DNA of 64,000 bases from Octopus vulgaris (GCA_951406725.2 OX597832.1:33852001-33916000); one strand, 5' to 3'; shown: positions 27,985 through 41,723, counted from the stretch's first letter. Program-made: numbers and translations. The notes: generated from the sequence alone by a model not told the origin.

Positions 27985-29740
27985 AGGAGGCATGGCTATG
28001 TGGTTACGAAGCACGGTTTGCAACCAGATGGCTTCTGGTTCAGTCCCACTGCTCGGCACTTTGAGAAATGTATTCTACTGTAGCAGCGACCCAAACAATG
28101 CCTTATGAAGTAATTTAATAGACAGAAAGTGAGTGGAAGCTCATGGTATACATACATACTTACATAAATACATACATACATACATACATACATACATACC
28201 GACGTACGTACATACATACAAACATACATACATACATATATACATACATACATACGTACGTACATACATACAAACATACATACATACATATGTACATACA
28301 TACAAACATACATACATACATACGTACGTACATACATACAAACATACATACATACATATGTACATACATACAAACATACATACATACGTACATACATACA
28401 TACATACATACATACGTACGTACATACATACGTACATACATACATACACACATACGTACATACATACATACATACGTACATACATGCATACGTACATACA
28501 TACAAACATACATGCATACATGCATACGTACATACAAAGATACGTACATACATACACACGTACATACATACATACGTACATACATACATACGTACATACA
28601 TACATACGTACGTACATACATACATACATAGTTGCATACATACATACGTACATACATACATACGTACATACATACATACATACGTACATACATACATACA
28701 TACATACATACATACATACATACATACATACATACGTACATACATACATACATACGTACGTACATACATACATACATAGTTGCATACATACATACGTACA
28801 TACATACATACATACATACATACGTACATACATACATGCATACATACATACATACATACATACATACATGCATACATACAAACTGACTAAGTATCAATCT
28901 TGAGAGATTAGAGATTCTCAAAACCAGAAAGGAGAAAGCTGATTCGAAGACTACAGATCCAAACCAACGCTAGAACTGTAAACATCTAAAACTTTGCAGA
29001 ACTTTATCATCTGAGCATATAGGAACATGTCTAGAATGTAACCATATGCAGGAGAATACAAACTAAAAACTAAAGCATACAAACCTGCACATATACATAC
29101 ATACGCACATACATACACACATATATACATACATACACACACACACACATACACACACATACATACATACATACACACATACACACATACATACGTACAC
29201 ACATACATACACACATACATACACACATACATACATGCACACACATACACACATACATACATACACACATACATACATACATACATACATACATACATAC
29301 ATACTTACACACACACATACATACATACATACATACATACATACATACATACATACATGCACACACATACACACATACATACATACACACATACATACAT
29401 ACATACATACATATGTTATGTATCAATCACGGGCAACCTGTGGTTCGTCGTTCCTTTTTGATAATGTGGTCCGTCTAATGAGGAGCTATGTTTTATACGG
29501 TTGCTTCTCGAACAATCTTCCCAATTCCTAATATAATTGTCTCTTTATGTTTGTCCCCACGACCACCACTTTTCATATGGAGTTGAGATTTTTTTATGCT
29601 GCTGTAACTTAGCTGTCCGTCAAAATGGTCCGATAGAATTAGCTCGAGACTTAAAAATTAGTCTTCGGGTCGATTTGTCTTACTAAAGTCCAGTATGGCC
29701 CTAATCGAGTGACTGAAACAAGGTAAACGAAAAGGTAAAA
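27985..29740 (+). mobile_element. SINE family A copy with greatly expanded interior (5' half 27985-28148, 3' half about 29545-29740)
   Basis: Head TGGCTATGTGG...GGTTCAGTCCCACTGC; 3' half GTAACTTAGC...GGGTCGATTTGT...CCAGTATGGCC...TGACTGAAACAAG. Confidence 0.55.
28149..28880. repeat. About 730-bp (TACA)n array with TACG variants; a second array lies at about 29090-29413
   Basis: Directly visible; source of the 250-290 aa MYVC/HTYI pseudo-ORFs. Confidence 0.95.
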
Positions 29741-30401
29741 TATTTATAACTGATGATTATCAATTAGTATCCTTTCCCATCGCATCTCTCCATGTTTTGT
29801 AAACATCAACTACTACAAGTCTGTTACGGCACTACTGACAAAGACGAAGATTTACAGTACGCAAATGAAGTCTAATAAACACGAACACCAGTAGCTGTCC
29901 TCTTAGCCTTCTCAGTCAAAGAATAATAACGTTAGCTAACATCTGGTTTTTCATAATTAGCACGATTAACTCTATTAAGGTTATTTCTGAAAGAAAGAAA
30001 AAAACATCGGTAAGTATCAAACAGAAATTCTCCTTACTTAAACACCTGGTTATTCACTCTTTATAATTAAGTTATTAACGAATAAGTTATTCAATTAGTA
30101 TGTGAGGATCATTAAGATCACAATGTTTCGCTATGTCAGTTACGTCATGAAACTCTCAAAGTTGAAATTTGCATTTCCTAAAACAAAAGAGATAGCCCCC
30201 CCCCCCTGGTGTAAAATAATCTATAGCCCAGATCACGCTTAAATCACATCACTAAGAGCAACCAAATTACATGAAGTGCAGTGTAGCGAAAACGTACCCC
30301 TAGATATAGACACGGCATAAACCGTGGCTGAAGCTCTTCGGTCATAAAGTTCTTTGTTTAGAGCTCACTTGTGGGAATCTTAAACAATAAAACAAAAACA
30401 A

Positions 30402-31411
30402 GTGCTGTTCCTCATGTATATAAACGATCTGCCTGGGCATGTCCAGAGCAACGTCAGGTTATTTGCTCACGACACAAAGATCTTCGCAAGGAATGACGTT
30501 GATGTGACCATGGCAACGCTGCAAGACGATCTGAATCGCCTTCACGAGTTGTCGACGAACTGGAAAATGCGGTTCCATCCTGAAAAGTGTTCCGTATTGA
30601 GAGTGGGAAACCTAAAGACGGACAGGAAATACTACAATAGAGGCCAGGGTGCACAGGAGTAACGGACTGTGGTGGAGCCAGCAGAAAGTAAGGGGGGGGG
30701 GGGCATCTTGGTGTCTTGATCGACAAGGGGCTGGCCTTCAGGAACCACATAAACCAAGCAACTGCAAAAGCAAATCGAATCATTGGACTCATCCGACGAT
30801 CATTTGACTTCTTCACCCCTGTTGTCTTCGTCCAGCTGTACAAGACTCTAGTTCGTCCGATTCTTGAATATGGATACACAGTTTGGCAACCCCGGCAAGA
30901 GGCAATGTTTTGCGACTTGGAGGATGTTCAGAGGTGTGCCATCAGACTCATTACATCTTTGAAAGAAAAGCCATACCCAGAGCGCTTGGCTGCACTAAAC
31001 CTGCCTAGTCTCAAACATCGCCGTCTCAGGGGGTGGGGATATGGTCAACATTATAAGTATAGGCATGACCTGTAACAGACCAACCGCCCCCAATTCAACA
31101 ACTTCCAAAGCAGAAATACGAGAGGACACAGCCTGAAATTGGAAAGTTCACACTGCAGGCTCAACATTAGAAGCTGCTTTTTCGCCACCTGGAACAGTCT
31201 GCCAAATAGTGTGGTCGCAGCTCCATCGGTCAATGCCTTCAAGAACAGGCTTGACGCACACTGGAGGGAGCTTCCTGCGAAATTTGACCCTGTCTGTTAC
31301 TATGAGCTACAACTGTCGAAGTGTTGTACCACACATGACAAATTAATTGAAAAGGACCTGTGAACAAGCTCCTAATAGCTTCAACACGGAAGCCATCCAG
31401 TATCTAGTAAG
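30402..31411 (+). mobile_element. 5'-truncated CR1-clade LINE, second family (RT pseudogene)
   Basis: LFLMYINDLP, RLFAHDTK (degenerate FADD), ANRIIGLIRRSF, LYKTLVRPILEYG, TRGHSLKL, FKNRLD; contains stops and frameshifts. Confidence 0.9.
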
Positions 31412-33042
31412 GCGTTACGGGGTAGAAATTACAAATTAATGCCACTCAAATCTATCTTGAGAGAAAGAATGATAAATAGATAGAGAGAGAAAGAGAGAGA
31501 GAGGGGTGGAAATCGTATTTATATATCCTTGAATATATTCCAGTTTTAAAATGTTGGAATAGCCACAGCAATAACGTTTTCTTTTAACACCGACCCATTT
31601 AACCTGGGTTTCAATATACCAATAGCAGCGATATCATTGCATTTTGCCGAAACTAAAGTAAAATAAAGAAGTTACAAAAGGAAATAAGTTGTTTCTCTGT
31701 AAGAAAGAAGTAAAGTTTGGTACTTCTGGCTGGAACTCTTTATCATTGGCAAGTCTTTTACAAACAGAAAACCAAATTATTCCACTCTAGATGAAGGATT
31801 CTTGTAGAAGCCTTATAAGAATTACAGTTAAATTTTCACTTAAACAGGGAAAAATAAATAATTCTGTCCCAAAAAATCAATTATGTTCTTCAAATGTACA
31901 CCTCTTTTATTCATTCAATAACAGTGACAACGAAGTTTATATTTTCTTCTCAAGCGAAAATCAAATTGTGAATCATTGAAGGTTTTTGAGAAAGACATTC
32001 AGTAATTCAGCTGTTATCTTATTTAACTTATCTACTTCGTTCTATGTTTATACTTTACCTAATTGCGTAGCAGACATTCTCCAACACTTTCTTCATATTC
32101 AACTCTTTTATTTTATGAATATATTCTACATTACACTTACTGATTGACAGTAATAGACTCAATTGCGAGTTTACTAGGAAACTACTTTTTACTTTATTAA
32201 CTGACACTACAGTATGAACTGTTTCCATACATTATTTCCCGACACAGATCCATTACGAGTCTCCAAGGCTGTTGTTTCTATGAAAGAAATTGGCTGACGA
32301 ATACTTTGCTAATATCGTTTAGAAAACCATGAAATCGCCTCCGAGTTTAATATCCATTTAGAACCTTTGTCTGTTTCTATATCTAATTCAGACATTGACT
32401 TCCATAACCTTCTGTAACTTAGATAACAGTATATTATTGATTTCTAATGTTGGCACACGGCTGCGATTGGCGAGGGTCCGGGTGTGGTCTTCTTATTAGC
32501 CTTTCATTATAATACCATTAGAATGTTTTTATAGAAGCATTATCTGGGCCTCAGTGCTTAAATGGCATTGGCTTTTATAAGAATAGTTTAATAATGCAGT
32601 CTGTGTAGCCTGGGACAAACTTTCCTACTGTTCCACTCTTTACTTTCTTGTGAGTTCAAATTTAGCCAAAGTCATCTTTGAATATCTTCGCTCCAATCTG
32701 CTGAGCAACAATTTCATGCACCAGCCAAGAACTCGGCTGATATGATGATCTATATTAATCGTTCAACATTTGTGGCACTGTGATAGGCCTTGTGGTCAGG
32801 TGACAAAATTGAGGGCCTTGAAAATATCACGGGGAAACTTGATGTCTGCGGGCTTTGAACCGAAGTCATAAAATGAAATAAAGATTTATCAGAACATATT
32901 TTCACCGACGCATCACCATTTCTACCAAATTGATATCTAAAATTTCCTTAGACCACAACATCCTTACCGACATGTTTGTCGCTTATATCAAGGAAGCTGA
33001 TCAACAGCTGCGCTGAAAAGTTATCTTCTCTTGGCAACTTAC

Positions 33043-33205
33043 AGGCGTGGCAGTGTAGTAAGTCGTTTGCTGCTTCTCAGCAGCAAGGTTCCATGTTCAG
33101 ACCTACCGAGTGACACCTTGAGCAAGTATTTCCTACTATAACTTAGAACTTAACAAAGTCTAGTGAGCAGATTTGGTAGACAGAAACTGAAAGAAACCCG
33201 TCGTG
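33043..33205 (+). mobile_element. SINE family A 5' half
   Basis: CACCTTGAGCAAGTATTTCCTACTATA and GATTTGGTAGACAGAAACTGAAAGAAACCCGTCG match the other copies. Confidence 0.75.
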
Positions 33206-33218
33206 TAAATATATATAT

Positions 33219-33252
<34 letters not shown>

Positions 33253-33971
33253 ACTTGAAAGTACCCATGAAAGCGTCTTACTCTGCAACAGAGAGGAAAA
33301 TGTTGTGGTCCAACGACCATGTCTGATTTCCACATCAAAAGTAGGCAAAGACCGTGCCAATTAAAAACCAAGCATTATATTTGAAATCCACCATTGTGTA
33401 AGCAGCCATTATGCTGTAATACTTCTAATGAACTAACTCGTAGTATTTTAATTAATTCTCATTGTCAATACATTCAATGCTATACAAATTAGGGAGGCCA
33501 GTTTAGTTAAGTCCGTGTTTGTGTTTGCTATAAATAGCTATAATTTATGATGCTGTCATTAGACACAAAATGCGTATAACGTGGCTGATGAAATTTTACG
33601 AAAGCATAAAGACACAAGTGTTCAATTAAAATAGAAACTCTCTTGTTGCCCCTGGAAAAGAAGAAACGGAGTTCAAACGATGGAGTTAAATTTCCATACA
33701 AAATGGGAAAATAATATGTTTCTGAAACTATAGGTGTGTATACGTCCTATCAATTTGGTTTAGCCTACAAATCTGATGATACCATTAATTAATTGAAATG
33801 TCTGTATAGATATACAGAAAAAGAGATCGATAAAAAAAAGATAGATAGATAAATAGATTAGAGATATATAGATGGATAACTAGATAGATGCTTGTATAGC
33901 ATAAATATATATGGGTTTGTGTGCCTAAGTATATATATATATATATATATATACATACATACATACTTAGG

Positions 33972-34011
<40 letters not shown>

Positions 34012-34647
34012 GCATGTATATATACACACATACATAAAATAAACATACACACATAAACGTGCATATATATATATAAACACACACACACACACACATATAT
34101 ATACATGCATACATTCATATACACTTTTATATATGTATGCGTGTGAATGTGTGTGTGGGTGTATGTATGTATGAATGTAAGTATTTCTCTACTTTTGTAT
34201 GTGTGCATGTACCTACGTAAATATATATTTCACATAATTCATTCTAAGCATTATGGTATAGTAAAGAGGGAATAGAGTTCTTAAGTGTGTGTTTGCGTGT
34301 GCATATGCGCAATATATGATTGAGTGCACTAACGTTTGTTTATCTATTTGCATGTGCACAACTATGTGCTATGGTGGTGCGTTATAGCACCGGCTTTCCA
34401 TTTAAAGAGTAAGTTTACTAGGATAATTTCCAGGTTCTGCCAAAAGCAAGATGATTCACCGTTTCAAACGATTCCATAAATTGGTCCGCCGCCATAATGA
34501 GGATATCACCCACTGAACCCCGGTTGAGTTTGCATTTAAATATGGTATCAGAACTACTGTGGATCGCCTAATTAGCTGTGTGTGCTTACAAACATATACA
34601 TACACGAGCATACAAGCGTATATGTGTGTAAATAAATAAATATATAC

Positions 34648-34695
<48 letters not shown>

Positions 34696-34977
34696 GTTTA
34701 TATGCATGAATGTATGTATGTATATATATGTATGTATGAATATATGTATGTATATATGTATGAATGTATCCATATATATATGCATGAATGTATGTATATT
34801 TATATATGAATGTATGTATACATATGTATGAATATATGTATGTGAGTACATATATATATATATGTATATATGTATGTATATATACACATATACATATACA
34901 GGAGTAAATGTAAAGACAAGCAAATTAGGTAAGTTGATGAAAAAAGTATATTCAATACATCTAATGCAAAAAATGTT

Positions 34978-35143
34978 GGAGTGATTGAGCGGTAAGAAGC
35001 TTACTCCCTAACCACATGGTTCCTGGTTCAATCCCACTGCGTTGCACCTTGGACAAGTGTCTTCTACTGTAGCCTCGGGCCGACCAAAGCCTAGTCATTA
35101 GATTTGGTAGCCGAAAACTAAAATAAACCCGTCGTAAATATAC

Positions 35144-35179
<36 letters not shown>

Positions 35180-35390
35180 TTGCATGCGTGTACTTGTGTG
35201 TCTGTTTTTGTCCCCCACCACCATCGCTTCAAAACCGATGTTAATGTGTTTTGTCCCCGTAAATTAGAGAAGGATAGGATAAGTACTAGGCTTACAAAGA
35301 ATAAGTCCTGGACTCGATTTGTTCGCCTAAAGGCGGGGCTCCAGCATGGTTGCATTCAAATGAATAATATAATTAAAAGAATTAAAGAAT
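34978..35390 (+). mobile_element. SINE family A, near full length with internal TA/TG microsatellite
   Basis: GGTTCAATCC B-box; body matches 47483-47922; tail GGCGGGGCTCCAGCATGG and A-rich end. Confidence 0.85.
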
Positions 35391-35477
35391 GTGTACACAT
35401 TTAATAGAATGATATCAGAAATTAAAGGGTTTTCCATCTTTAAACGCCATTTTGTCAACACCTCAAATCTAAAATCT

Positions 35478-35568
35478 TCCCTGAAGACGGACGCTGGTAT
35501 TATCAAATGAAGGAATCAGTTTCTAATCATTATTTTGGAACACCAAACCCCCAGAAACAGCTGTTGGA
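35478..35568 (+). ncRNA. Hammerhead motif, canonical CUGAAGA core, long degenerate stem II
   Basis: TCC-CTGAAGA-(66 nt)-GAAA-CAGCTG-TT-GGA; palindromic ACAGCTGT stem III, 3-bp stem I. Confidence 0.5.
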
Positions 35569-35877
35569 CTCGTAAAACTCTTATTCAGCCCCTTTACTTC
35601 CTGATAACAATCCTAATCCGTGTAAGTCAGATTTCTTATATATGTATACATATGTACAGTTTTTGAATTGAATGCATTTAATATATTTTTGTTATATCGA
35701 CATGCCTAACATGCCTGTCCTTCCATTTATTACTCTACCTGCCAAAGTTCAAACATTTTGACCACTACGAAGTGTTTCGATGCAGAGAATATTTGTTCCT
35801 GATCAATCAACCATATACAAAAACATACATAAACATATATGTGTATGTACATATATATAAATATATACATATATATA

Positions 35878-36527
35878 CAGAGTGCGTAAGGTATTTGAAA
35901 ACATACGTTTTGGGAGTCATTGCTACATTTTTTGCTCATTATGTTAGCAAAAATCTTTGTTTCAGAAAATAATAATTGCAGACCCTCAGCTTACTCAAGA
36001 AATGAAGGGGCATGCTGTTATTGTGTTTATAAACGCTGAGCATAACGATTTAGAAATATCACGATTTTTTGTCAGATCTTTCGTCTACAAAGTTTGTAAG
36101 GAGCTAGAGACTGAAGATGAAAATGTATCACCAGTGTGAAAGCATAAAAAGATATTCTAAACGCTCTGAAATTATCAGAAAACCTGAATTTATCCAACAT
36201 ATTCAACAGACCATTGGACATTTTATTACACGTGGAGCGTTGTTAAGAGAGAAGTCAATGAACACGCCCATAACACGGAAGATTCTTTGAAAGCTGCCAT
36301 AGTCAGAGTAATGTCCAAAATGAACCAAGACCACTTGATTCGAGCATGGAGATGATTTAGATCTCATATAGAAGCAGCTGTTGAAGCTGAAGGTGGCTTT
36401 ATTGAATAACATTTGAGAAAAGAAGGTTTAGTTTTATCCTCATAGCATTTTTTGATAAAGTTATAATCTGTTATTATAAACTGTTATTATAAACATAAAT
36501 ATGTCCTCAAATATCTTACGCACCCTG
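35878..36527 (+). mobile_element. Internally deleted Tc1/mariner (maT-like) DNA transposon
   Basis: TIRs CAG(A/G)GTGCGTAAG(G/A)TATTTGA with TA flanks; N-terminal HAVIVFINAEHNDLEISRF and C-terminal HNTEDSLKAAIVRVMSKM...FRSHIEAAVEAEGGFIE*. Confidence 0.85.
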
Positions 36528-36680
36528 TATATGGGTAATACCGAAAGACAAACAACCCTGCACACACACGTACATACACAAAAGGAAACATATACATGAA
36601 CATATACACACACCACATACACACACACACGAGACAGAGGTAAAAATACATACATACCTACATACACTGAAGCTCACACT

Positions 36681-36815
36681 TGCGCACGAACAAACAAACA
36701 AAAAGAACGCAGCTCCGATAACGGACAGAATCAACGACTATTGAAGAGGTTGCAAGAAGCATGAAAAATTTTAGAAAAAATTAGTAAATGAGTGGGAACT
36801 GAACCGGTGAGTGTG
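36681..36815 (+). mobile_element. Short dispersed repeat with a degenerate hammerhead-like motif (36738-36774); homologous to 42012-42148
   Basis: CTA-TTGAAGA-G-GTTGC aagaa GCAT-GAAA-AAT-T-T-TAG. Confidence 0.55.
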
Positions 36816-36863
36816 AGAATTAATAACGAATTAAAACAGAATGACTCTTCCCTATATATATGT

Positions 36864-36929
36864 ATCGTCTAGTGGTTAGGACGCCACGTTGAGTCCGTGG
36901 TAACCAAGGTTCAAATCCTGGTCACGGCA
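36864..36929 (+). pseudogene. tRNA-His pseudogene (5' acceptor strand lost; anticodon loop TTGAGTC instead of TTGTGGC)
   Basis: ATCGTCTAGTGGTTAGGACGCCACG-TTGAGTC-CGTGGTAACCAAGGTTCAAATCCTGGTCACGGCA follows the invertebrate tRNA-His(GTG) sequence as I recall it; anticodon stem CCACG/CGTGG is intact. Confidence 0.85.
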
Positions 36930-36954
36930 GCCCATCTGTGTTCTTTAACTTTTA

Positions 36955-37008
36955 AAATGGCGGTGCCCCAGCATGACCACAGCTCGTGAGCTGAAACTAG
37001 ATAAAAAA
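36955..37008 (+). mobile_element. Isolated 3' tail of the CR1-like LINE family
   Basis: AAATGGCGGTGCCCCAGCATGACCACAGCTCGTGAGCTGAAACTAGA differs from 52703-52749 at 2 positions. Confidence 0.85.
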
Positions 37009-37055
37009 TTAAGATATTAATAAATATCCTCCCTCTCTTTCTCTCTCTCTCTCTC

Positions 37056-37176
<121 letters not shown>

Positions 37177-37736
37177 ATATGCTAATGTATTATTTTATGC
37201 ATATACATTCGGCCCCCAAAGGCTCGGAAATGGTGCATCCTCGATAAAAATAAATTCGATCTTCTGCTTTCCAAAGACAATGTCATTACAAAATAAGGAT
37301 ACTTTCATCGGAGAAATAAATGAACTTTTAGATTAACAACTCTACCCCCATCTCTATCTATCTCTATATATTTACCATAATCCTGTTATATGTAATAACT
37401 CTTACACATGGCTTTCATTTTGTTTAAGACTGGCTTTCTTTTTATGACAGCTATTACGCACAAATCCTGTTTTCTGATTGGGCAAAAATGATGAACCTCT
37501 ATACCTCTGTAACATGTCTGTAATATATTTCTAGAATATATGAATCACAAACTCAAATTCAGCGTGAAAATGGAAATCAAAAAGGCAAATTTAAAAAAAT
37601 TTTACTTAATTTTAAAATTACGATATTTGTGACAGCGACATGTAAGATCTCTCTCTTTTTATTTGTCTGTCTCTTTCATTTTCTCTTGGTAAACATTCTC
37701 GCTCTCTATAAAAGAATATTGCTCTCTAAGCGCGTG

Positions 37737-37810
<74 letters not shown>

Positions 37811-38737
37811 CGCGAGCGTTTGTGAGTTGGTGCAAGGGATTTCATTAGGGCGACAGATTTTTAAAAAGCTATGTAAATGACAATTTATTTTAATAGCATA
37901 CTTTTCTGTTAGTAAATGTATTTTTCTCACACACACATACACATACACACACAAGATCTTGCTTGATTTGGGGAGGGGTTAAAGAAAATATGTAGTGATG
38001 TTGTTTTCGTTCTCTGTAAAATTATAATCGCCCACTCTGAGTGTGTTTGTGTGTTTGTCAATGTGTGGGTATGCAAGTGATTTAGAGATGGTATATAAAA
38101 CATAATTTAATTTAATAACATACTTTTCTGTTAGTAAATATGCATCTTTTTTACACACACACACGTACATGTGCGCGGAAAGTTTTGTTGGTGGTGGTGG
38201 TGGTGGGGGGTTAAGGATTTAAATAACAATTTTGTTGTTGTTGTTTCTTAAATCCCAGCAAATGACCACTGCATCCTCATTCCATAAAAATGTATTTAGG
38301 GGGAAAAATATTGAAAAACATCAATATTTGTCTGGGTGACAAGGAAACGAAGAAGGAAACAGGTGCTCGTACAATGTGCTGGAAACAACAGCTAAATCTC
38401 CCTCGAATCAACATTTCGTCTGAAAATTATTTTGATATTATAAATAGAAATTAATTGAAACGATATGCTGTTTTCAGATGATAATACTTTGATAACTGCC
38501 ACAGAAGATCAATTCTAATGTCTCCAGAACAGTCTTGCAAGAACCTCTCCAAATATCTGTTTTACCATCTGCCCGAAGAAGTTGAAAATACTGCGTTAAA
38601 CATTTGAGCTTTCTCTCTCTCTATCTCTCTCTCCCTCCCTCTCTTACCATCTCTCTCACCCCTCTACCTGTTTCCCTGTCTCTCTCTTTCCTACCATTAC
38701 CGTCGATTCTTTTATCACGGATATGCACTCTGTAGAG

Positions 38738-38884
38738 CAGTGGTGCTCAACTATTCTTTATCTATGGACCACGGATTAACTCTCTTAGTCATTCAATGTT
38801 CGTGGATTAGAAATACTGTAACCTTTAGCAACAATATCATATATGAAACCAAAGGACCATATGGATCCCGGTTGAGAAGCGCTG
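38738..38884. mobile_element. hAT (Charlie-like) MITE
   Basis: TIRs CAGTGGTGCTCAAC / GTTGAGAAGCGCTG; diverged 8-bp flanks CTGTAGAG / CTCCAGGG. Confidence 0.65.
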
Positions 38885-39655
38885 CTCCAGGGGTTGAGAT
38901 CAGCAGAAGTACTGCCTGTTCAACCTCAACACTTCCTAGTCTGGCAAGGTGAATCTTAGTGAGAAGTAAAATAGAAAGCGCACCTGAAGCGTGAAATTTA
39001 CAGAGCTTGTATCATCAGCATGTGGCAGTGCAGGGGCTGTGGAAATGAAGTGAAGTGAGTGGTTTAACAGCAATGTGGACTTTGTGGGTGGCCTAATACC
39101 AAAACCTCATCATTCTACTGTAGCAACGATGAATCCACAAAGATTGAACATAAAAGACATTAATAAAATGATGAACTAAAATAGATTATTTATATCGAAC
39201 AGATCAGACACTATCGACCAGGTGAGGAACAGGTGGACAACGAATAATAATTAACTTCGAGAGGATTCACAATTAATTTTGAGATTCACAAATAGGAAAA
39301 TCAGGAAAAATATGAAATACAAAAAATCAAATATTGATGATATTTAGTGTGGGGAATGTTTATAAACTGAAAGTAAAAATGGAAAACGAATAAAAAATAG
39401 AAAAATATTATGTAAGAATTAAAATACAGACAAAAATCGTGAATGCCTAAAACTTGAAAGTAATTATACTAATACATACATGGGTGTGTTTGTGTGTGTG
39501 TGTGTGGGGGGGGGGGTGTAACGTTTGTTTATAAGTTTTTACTCTCCGATAAAAAAGTTAGAACGAAACTACGATGTCTGAGAAAGTCCCGTTGTATTAT
39601 CTTCTACTAAAATTATCATACAAAAACACACACATATAAATAAATAAATGAATAG

Positions 39656-39712
<57 letters not shown>

Positions 39713-40025
39713 CAGATGCATGTATGCATGTGCATATGAATAATATGTCTATTTATCTGTCTAGGTATGTATATATATATATGTGTGTGTGTGTACATAC
39801 ATATATATATACACATATATGTATGTATATATACATACAAATTTTGAGCATTTTGGTCAATGAACGAAAATCTCGGTAGTTAAGTAAAGTTTAAAACTTT
39901 ATGGGGAGAGGAAATAATGAAAGATTATGCTTGCACATACTCACACAAGCACACGCGCATACATATGTATTTTTATGAATATGCAAATACGTATATACTC
40001 ATGTATCCTTGAGTGTGTGTGTGTA

Positions 40026-40063
<38 letters not shown>

Positions 40064-41216
40064 GTACATATGTATATATATATATAATGTACATATGTAT
40101 TGATATATATAAAGATACGTATATACTTATGCATCCATGAGTAAACAAATATAATACATATGTGAATGTCTGCGTAACATATATATATATATGTGTGTGT
40201 GCATGTGTGTGTCTCATAAATGTAATTATGATGAGTACTTAAGCATAATTTCATAATTTCAGCAAGTATAATATTAAGCAAAACATCAATATAATATTGG
40301 ACTAGAATTTAAATGAGGAAGTGAGGTGCAGCTGCCAATAGTGTGAAGTAAGTAGCAATTAGTGTGGACGGAAGATGAAGAATTTACCAGTTTTGTGTAA
40401 TTGGAAATAACTCGCAACTTAAAAAATTGGTGTACGCCAAGGTGAGTTGTGGATAATTATCTCAATTACAAATAAATGCAATTTTTAAACACTCATTGAT
40501 ATATATATATATATGTATGTCTGTCTGTATGTATATACGCACATATATATATACATATATATACATATATATACACATATATTTATATATACATAAGTTA
40601 TACATATAAGTATATACACACAGATGTCTACATACATATGTGTGTGTGTGTGTGTGTGTGTGTTGGCTGGTGAAAGCACGCATTTGGTGAAAGTATGCAA
40701 TTTCAGAATTAAAAAAGCACATGGCGAATAATATATTACATAAACCAATTTTCAAACATATCTTTCTACACACACATTCATACACACATACCATACACAC
40801 ATATATACATGTATATATATATTAAGTACAACGTGTATTTATATATATAATATGTATGTGTGTTTGTTTGAGTGAGCAGATTTTATACTTTCAAGATACA
40901 ATTAATACGTTATTACTGCAAATTCCACAGAAAGTTAGAATTCAAGTATTTCGCAGACGATAAAAAAATATTTTTTTTAGTTTAACGGAACATGTATGAA
41001 AAATATTAGTGCTATATTCAATAATTCTTGCACAATCGGTCCTAAACCTGATTCACGTACCTAAATTATTGTAGAATCCATTCAGCAAAATTTAAGTGTG
41101 TTCCATGAAATTGTACATTCATTTAATAATAGTTTCACGCAAACATACATATGTATTCATACACAAATGTGCGTGTGCGTGTGCGCGCATTTGTGAGAGC
41201 ATCTGTGTGCTTATGC

Positions 41217-41255
<39 letters not shown>

Positions 41256-41723
41256 CACACAGAGAGCTTTACACTATAAAACTAAATATATTACTGCACT
41301 GCTGAATTCCAGATCTGAAATATTCAGAAATGTGAAGATATTGACAAGTTTCTGTTGGTGAATTAGAGAAAAACGCCTTCCCCGCATTGAACAGCTCTGT
41401 CGCATACTTTAGATCGGTGCCGTTAATTCTACACACTGTAACGTTACAACTCTATGCGACATAACTCTGTTTCTTCCTTATTTCATTTTTGCTTTCTTTT
41501 TCTGATTTCTTCTTTCACCATTCCAATTTTTGAACCCATCTTCAGCTCGTTTTTTCACGTGATTTTTCCTGTTCTACTGTTGTGATTTTAGCCCAGGGCC
41601 TAAGGATTACTTGGGTACACTAGGCGTGTTTTAAAAAGCTGTCTAGATAATATCATTAACTATGAAACAATTACTAATTCCAAAGTATGTACTGTGTATA
41701 TTAAACGATATTTATATTTTTAC

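Noticed and set aside
33584-33610. CTGATGA...CGAAAG
   Set aside because: No stems II, III or I; likely chance
36864-36929. Functional tRNA with GAG (Leu) anticodon
   Set aside because: Body is His-type, the 5' acceptor strand is missing and the loop is mutated; treated as a pseudogene
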